64,000 nt of DNA from Vicugna vicugna (taxonomy: Eukaryota): the NCBI GenBank assembly GCA_013265495.1, contig MU057724.1, forward strand, positions 1,069,102-1,133,101. The letters run 5' to 3'. Position numbers and translations under genes: made by a program. Position 1 is the first letter of the stretch; the number at the start of each line of letters is the position of its first letter. Below the pieces are notes generated by a model. That model searched no databases, was not told the DNA's origin, and worked only from the letters and a program-made list of their open reading frames with translations. Shown here piece after piece: positions 58,351 to 64,000 of the stretch.

Positions 58351-59899
58351 ACGTGGCTCTGATGTTAGGTTTGATTTTGAATCCATTTCCTCCAGCTACT
58401 AGTTAGTAACCTTGGACAGATTATGTAAAGGCTCAGTCCCCAGGAGTTTTCTGTATGTAAGTGGAAGACAGTTGGGGTTTATAGTGAATGAGCACATTCA
58501 AGTAAATATGTTTAGCAACATTCTGGCACTTTGCTGCCACCCTTTGAACTCTGTTGTGTGAGCATCTGATGGCTGGTGCCACAGCAGCCCCTTTGGGTCA
58601 GTACATCTAAGGACAAGTGGTCACGTGCTGTAGAGGGTGCAGTGATGGGCAGTACTAGAAGGCAGGAACATTCAGGGGTCCCGGGTTAGAGTTCCAGGGG
58701 GAGTGTGAGATCACAATGATCTTACAGGGTTAATGAGTAAAATTAAAAGTAGAAACATCAGACTTCATCATCTCGAGTGACAGGCAGGGCTCAGGTACAG
58801 CAGGGGTCAGTGTAGGCCGTCTGCATCCAATGGCTCTTCTGGTCCTGGGCAAGGAGGGAAGGATCCGGAAAGGAACAAGAGTCTCTGAGGTTCCTCCGGC
58901 TCAAATCCTGTCACCACTGACGTGTCCCAGGCCTGGCCACTGTCCCGTGATATCTGCAGGGTCCAGACCTGGGTCATACTTGATTGAAACATTCAAGATA
59001 TCTGAGCTTTCTATCACTTTTAATGCTATTTTGATTAGTTTTTAATAATGCTTCATAACAAAATGCCCAAACCTAATGTCCTTCTGTTTCCAACGTTACC
59101 TCACCCTGTGAACTCTATGGCTAAAAAGTATGCTGTTGAGACGTGTTCTCTTCAGTAAAGAAAGTGTTGTCTCCATTTATTAAGTATGTGATGTAGGTCT
59201 GACTGTTTTGATTGTCTGACTGTGACTGCATCTGTGGGCCACCAGCCCTGTGTCTGAGCACTGCTTCTGATGGAGTCACTTTTAACTCCTTAGATGGCTC
59301 GCAGACCTGTGCTCATCATTACCATGCTAGACTGGCCCTTGGATGGGGAGAAAGCCTAAAGAAATGTCCTTACTGGAAACAAATGTGAGGGATCAACTTT
59401 AAATCATTAGAACTGGATGGCACGCATGTTAAGTCTCCAGTGTGGAACTCTGATCACCCTCAAATGAGGAAGCACAGCTCACAAAACCAGCTAACATCCT
59501 GGGGAGGAAAGACTGACGGAGGGAGACTGTTTGCTTGCCTTAGTACCTGTGCCGGCGCGTTCATTTTCTCCCTCCACTGCTGACAGTGAGGGGGAGCGGG
59601 CAGGACGCACACCGTGCTCACCGCACGTGAGTCCATGCCTGGGGCGGAGGGGACAGCCAGGAAGCACCTGGGTCTCACTCACAGCAAGAGCTTCTGTCTT
59701 TAGAGATGAGCCTGTAGAAAGAGGTTGTGGACATTTAAAAAGAGATTACTTTACATAACTAAAAGCCCTTTAGAAGGTCGCATTCATTCATGCCCGTAGC
59801 AAAGGTGCTAAAATTCACGGGTCCAGAAGCAATAATAATTAGTACTTGTAATCTTTCAAAAACCCCTACACAAATGAACATTGAAATAAATGAATGACT

Positions 59900-60110
59900 A
59901 TTGCTCCCAGAGCTTTATCCTAAGTTCACACTCCAATACCACGACTTAATAGTGCTATGACATTGGACAAGTTAAATTTTTTGTTTCTCCTACAAAGTGA
60001 AGAAAATAATTAAACCTGCCTTATGGAGTGTTGAAGCGTAAATGAGGAAATGCGCTCAGGTTCTTGCAATGCCCAGCTCATAGCCAGTTTTCGATAAATG
60101 TTAGTTCTAA
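59900..60110 (+). mobile_element. MIR SINE
   Basis: 'gctatgacattggacaagtta', tail 'atgcccagctcatagccagttttcgataaatgttag'. Confidence 0.6.
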
Positions 60111-60622
60111 TTAAAATTACTCAAACTTAAATAGCATTTTCTCCGTTCTGTCTATGTGCTCATCCCATGCTTTGGAGAACTCACAGTTTTATCTCTGTAG
60201 CATCATGCCATCATAACTTGCAAATACACACCACATTCATGTCTCAGGCTAGTAACTTGTGGCTGCACGTCCATTGACCTCTCATGCTTGGTTGTGCCAG
60301 GCCAGACAGATAATGACGCTACTAAGATACCCAGCGAGATGAAGTGTTCACATGAGTAATAGTAAGAATCAGGGTACCCCTTCCTGGAGCTGAGCACGGC
60401 AGACAACTTTATTCTCTGAAATCACACATTCCTTAACCTACACCATTAAGCTTATGCATGCGACGAGTGTTTACTAAGTGCCTACTGTGTACCCGGCACT
60501 GAGCCAGGAGCGTCACAGAGCAGGGAGCGTCGTGCTAGGAGAGGCAAAGGTGGTGAAGGCGGTCCCCATGTCAGGGGTTTACAGTCTTGGCTTTTCTGCC
60601 CACACGGAAGACGGGGAGCAAG

Positions 60623-61909
60623 CGTACTGATCTGCCTGGGGACTATAACAAAACACCGTGGGCTGCAGGGGGTGGGGGGGGGCTTAGACAATAAAAATGT
60701 ATTTTTCACAGTTCTGGGGGCTTTGAGGATGCTGTGTGGGCCAGGCCTCCAAGTCTGCGGCTCTGCCCTTGGGTCACTCTCCCTTCACTTTGTCTCACTC
60801 ATCTCTCTTTCATTCACGCTAGCAGCGTCTCTACTGGTAAAAACTCTTGGAAACCTTGTCGGCCGTTGACGAGCAGGTCCTGTCAGATCAGTCCTGGATC
60901 AGGCGTCTCCACCGCCGGCTTCTGGGCAGACGTGTGCCTGGATCCCTGAGTCACACACGTCATCTCTTTTGTCAGCAGCCGTCCCGCCACGCGCCTGGCT
61001 CCACCTCTAGCGCACACTGTCTGGATAGGCTGAGAATTTTCCAAATCACCACGTGCCAGCTTCTTAGTCCGTAACAGTTATTTCCTCAACATATCTCTTT
61101 TCTATCACGTTTTACTATAAACACCCAGGAGGAAACAGGCTGCCCCTTTCCCTCTTCGCTTGGAGGTCTCAGCTGAACTTTCAGGTTCACTGCTTCCAAG
61201 TTCTGCCATCCTCCCACCTGCACAGCACAGTTCAGCCAAGCGCCCCGGCACCTGACGACAGGTAACGACTTACCTCGCCTGTCTAATAATGTGAGCACCA
61301 TTTCCTTCTGATGTCTCAAAGGAAGCACCTTAAATGTCTTTATTTCTAACATCTCTTCTGAACAGTTCCGGCTCTTTCTGTTAAGCATGTCACAGTTCTC
61401 CCAGCCTCTACCCATTACCCAGTTCCAAAACCATTTCCACACTTTCTGGGACTTGTTAAAGCAGCACCGCACTTTCCAGTGCCACAATCTGCATCAGTTT
61501 CCTCGAGTTGCAGTTACAAATTACCACAACCTGAGGAGAACAACAGAAACTTATCCTCTTAAAGTTCTGGAGGCTTGAAGTCCAAGATTTCAAGAGGGGC
61601 AGGCTCCCTCTGAGACTCTGGGTGTCAGAATCCGTCCTTGCCCCTTCCCAGCTTCAGTGGTGGCTGTGCAGCCTTAGCTTAAAGCTGTGTCACCCAGTTT
61701 CTGCTCCATTGTCACGTGGCCTTTTCCCAGTGTCTCTTCTCCTCCTATGAGGACACCAGTCAGGGTGGATTAAGGGCTGTCTCCACTCCACCATGACTTT
61801 ATCTTAGCTAATCACATCTGCAGTGACCATCCAAGTAAGGCCCCATTCTGAGGCACTGTTGTTAGGACTTTATCATGTCTTCTTGGAGAACACAATTCAA
61901 CCCATGGAA
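60623..61909 (-). mobile_element. MLT1C-like MaLR element with internal region (5' LTR ~61490-61909, internal ~60720-61489, 3' LTR remnant ~60623-60720)
   Basis: LTR end 'cacaattcaacccat'; internal start on minus 'gattgtggcactggaaagtg...tggaactgggtaatgggtagaggctgg'; second LTR terminus 'tgtatttttcacagttctgg'. Confidence 0.8.
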
Positions 61910-62261
61910 AGAGCCATCACTATAATTAACGCAGAGGAAGCTCTGAGAGCAAAGAAAAGGGGCAGCTGTTCCGCAGCAGGATGTTCAGGAAGACCTTCCT
62001 CGTGGAGGTGGTGCTTGAAGGGGCTCCGCCACTGCGCAGGAGTTAACTAAGGCCAGTGTGAAGGAAATGGATGTTTTTCCAAGGTTCAGTCGATTATGTA
62101 AAATACATGAAACTCAGCCTGTGCTGACGATGGTGGATGGATATCCTGGTATCTTTCAGAGAAGGTGAGCTCCTTGAGCTGATGAGAACCTGTGAAGTCT
62201 TCACGACAGTTACTGTGATGCAGGATATGGCTGAACCAGTGGAAGTGAGTGAGTGCCGCGG

Positions 62262-62475
62262 GGTCGCCAGCTACGCAAGCTAGTAGGAGGGGAGGGAGCG
62301 CAGGACCTGGAGGTCGCCAGCTACGCACAGCTAGTAGGAGGGGAGGGACAGCAGGACCTGGAGGTCACCAGCTACTCACAGCTAGTAGGAGGGGAGGGAC
62401 AGCAGGACCTGGAGGTCGCCAGCTATGCACAGCTAGTAGGAGGGGAGGGAGCGCAGGACCTGGAGGTCGCCAGCT
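62262..62475. repeat. G-rich minisatellite, 51-bp unit, ~4.2 copies
   Basis: Unit GGTCGCCAGCTACGCACAGCTAGTAGGAGGGGAGGGACAGCAGGACCTGGA; units start 62262, 62312, 62363, 62414, 62465 (first unit 50 bp). Confidence 0.97.
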
Positions 62476-64000
62476 CCCGTGGAGAGGTCGCAGGAAGAGC
62501 AGACTCCCAGTGGGGCTCAGAATGTCAGATGGGAAAAGACAGTGGACAGCCGTGCTGACCAAGGAGATGGTGGGTCATGACGTGAACAGAGAGTAAGCAA
62601 GAGAAGGGTGTGCATGTGTCCGCTGGATCCAGTAAGTGACCCATGGGAAAGTAGTTCCCCTGGAATTTGGGGAAAATGTCATCAGCAGATGTAGACAACA
62701 ATTTCAAGTGTTGTTGCTGTGGTGGGAGGAGAGAAAGAATGATGGCCACGGGGACCTCAATGGGCAGTGTATTCCTTTATCTGTTTTTAAAAATGACAGA
62801 CACTGAGGTATGTGTACTTAAGGAGGAAAAACAGGTAAGGTTAAATTAAAGTTAACAGAAGGAGAGGGAATATATGAGTAATTTACTGGATGTGGTTCCC
62901 GGAAGAGTTAAGATTCAGAGCATAGATGGAAGGACTCACTTCGGACAGGAGACTAGAATTACCCAAAATTACTATAAAACGGAATCCAGCTTTGATGAGA
63001 TTCTTTCAGTGGTTGTCAGAGTAATTTTAGGTCTCTTTCATGTTCTTTACAATGAAAAAAAGATCAAAGAAACAGAAACTGTAGCATAGATCTGATCTTG
63101 AATTGGCTGTTTTCTGTGATCTCAGTGAGAAATAGCTCCACGGGTCTAACTCTGTCAAACAGGGAGTCAGCCTGGAAATGAACATTTCTGGGACTCAAGT
63201 CTGCTCTGCTGTGAGATAGGAAAAGCTAATCTCTTGCGAAGTGTGACCCCAGTCAATGAGAAACAGTCTCAAAGTGACAATCTTATTCATGGTTATTCAC
63301 TCCCCTTACCGAGACTCTGTCCTCAAAGCTTTCTGAAAGAAATCTGGTTTTATTTTAACCTATGTGCATTAAAAATTAAATTCTATTTTATATTAGAATC
63401 CTGGCAGTTCTTAAATAACATTCCATCATATGGTAATAAATAAATAGGTAAATCAGTAGTTTAGGTTTCACGGAAAAGAACACAGCTGAAGAGCTGTCAT
63501 CTTCCTGTATGTTTATTTTCATTTTTGTGTTTGTCATTGTTTGAATTGACATATTGGTTTTTCCTGTGTGTTTGCCAACAGAGAAAATTGTTCCTAGCTG
63601 CTATGAATATGCAGCAGAGATTAAGAAGATCAGTGGGAAACAAGAACCATTTTCCTGTTTTTCACATGTCTCCATGGATTTATGATGTTTCCTCATTAAG
63701 TTTTACAGTCTTTCAGAATTTTCTTTGGCTTTCTTTATAGTGCCCCTGTTTAGACAAAAGAAACATATAAAACAAAATATGGAATACTAAGAAAAGAGAT
63801 TCTTTCCATCCTGTTAAAAGTAGAACTATCTCCAAATCGCCAGTCATCTTTAATTGTGAAATGCAATAGCTAATTTCCAAATGTTTCAATTATAGAAATT
63901 AAGTTATATTAAGTTAAATAAAATTATTTCAATTAAATAAATGGTTTTTTTCTTTAAACCATTTGATTAAAAAAATAGTCTCTTGAACCACAGATCCACC

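Noticed and set aside
61086..61487. 133-aa minus-strand ORF as a domesticated retroviral gene
   Set aside because: Lies in MaLR internal sequence, has a non-ATG start and shows no recognisable Gag motif.
62262..62475. CRISPR-like array
   Set aside because: Units are head-to-tail with no unique spacers, there are no cas genes, and the context is mammalian.

Overview
Mammalian nuclear DNA, most likely camelid (Camelus/Vicugna/Lama). The assignment rests on a Vic-1-type tRNA-derived SINE at ~30.5 kb and cetartiodactyl-type L1 3' ends. I recognise no protein-coding gene, RNA gene, operon or CRISPR array. The only ORFs with recognisable protein similarity are L1 ORF2 remnants; the rest look like chance ORFs in GC-rich or repeat-derived DNA. 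The window reads as intronic or intergenic sequence dense in fossil transposons (L1, L2, MIR, MaLR/MLT1, MER4-group ERV1, MER21, hAT MITEs), including a near-continuous nested TE block at ~23.4-31.3 kb. Best second-look items: (1) an L1 copy whose 5'UTR-like segment joins ORF2 exactly at a CAG|A cryptic acceptor position (possible spliced, retrotransposed L1); (2) GC/CpG-shifted patches inside old repeats suggesting GC-biased gene conversion; (3) two perfect inverted repeats; (4) a 51-bp minisatellite; (5) several unproven exon-like segments. Repeat family names come from remembered consensus sequences, not a search, and old-repeat boundaries are approximate (tens of bp). I do not see convincing evidence of a novel biological system.
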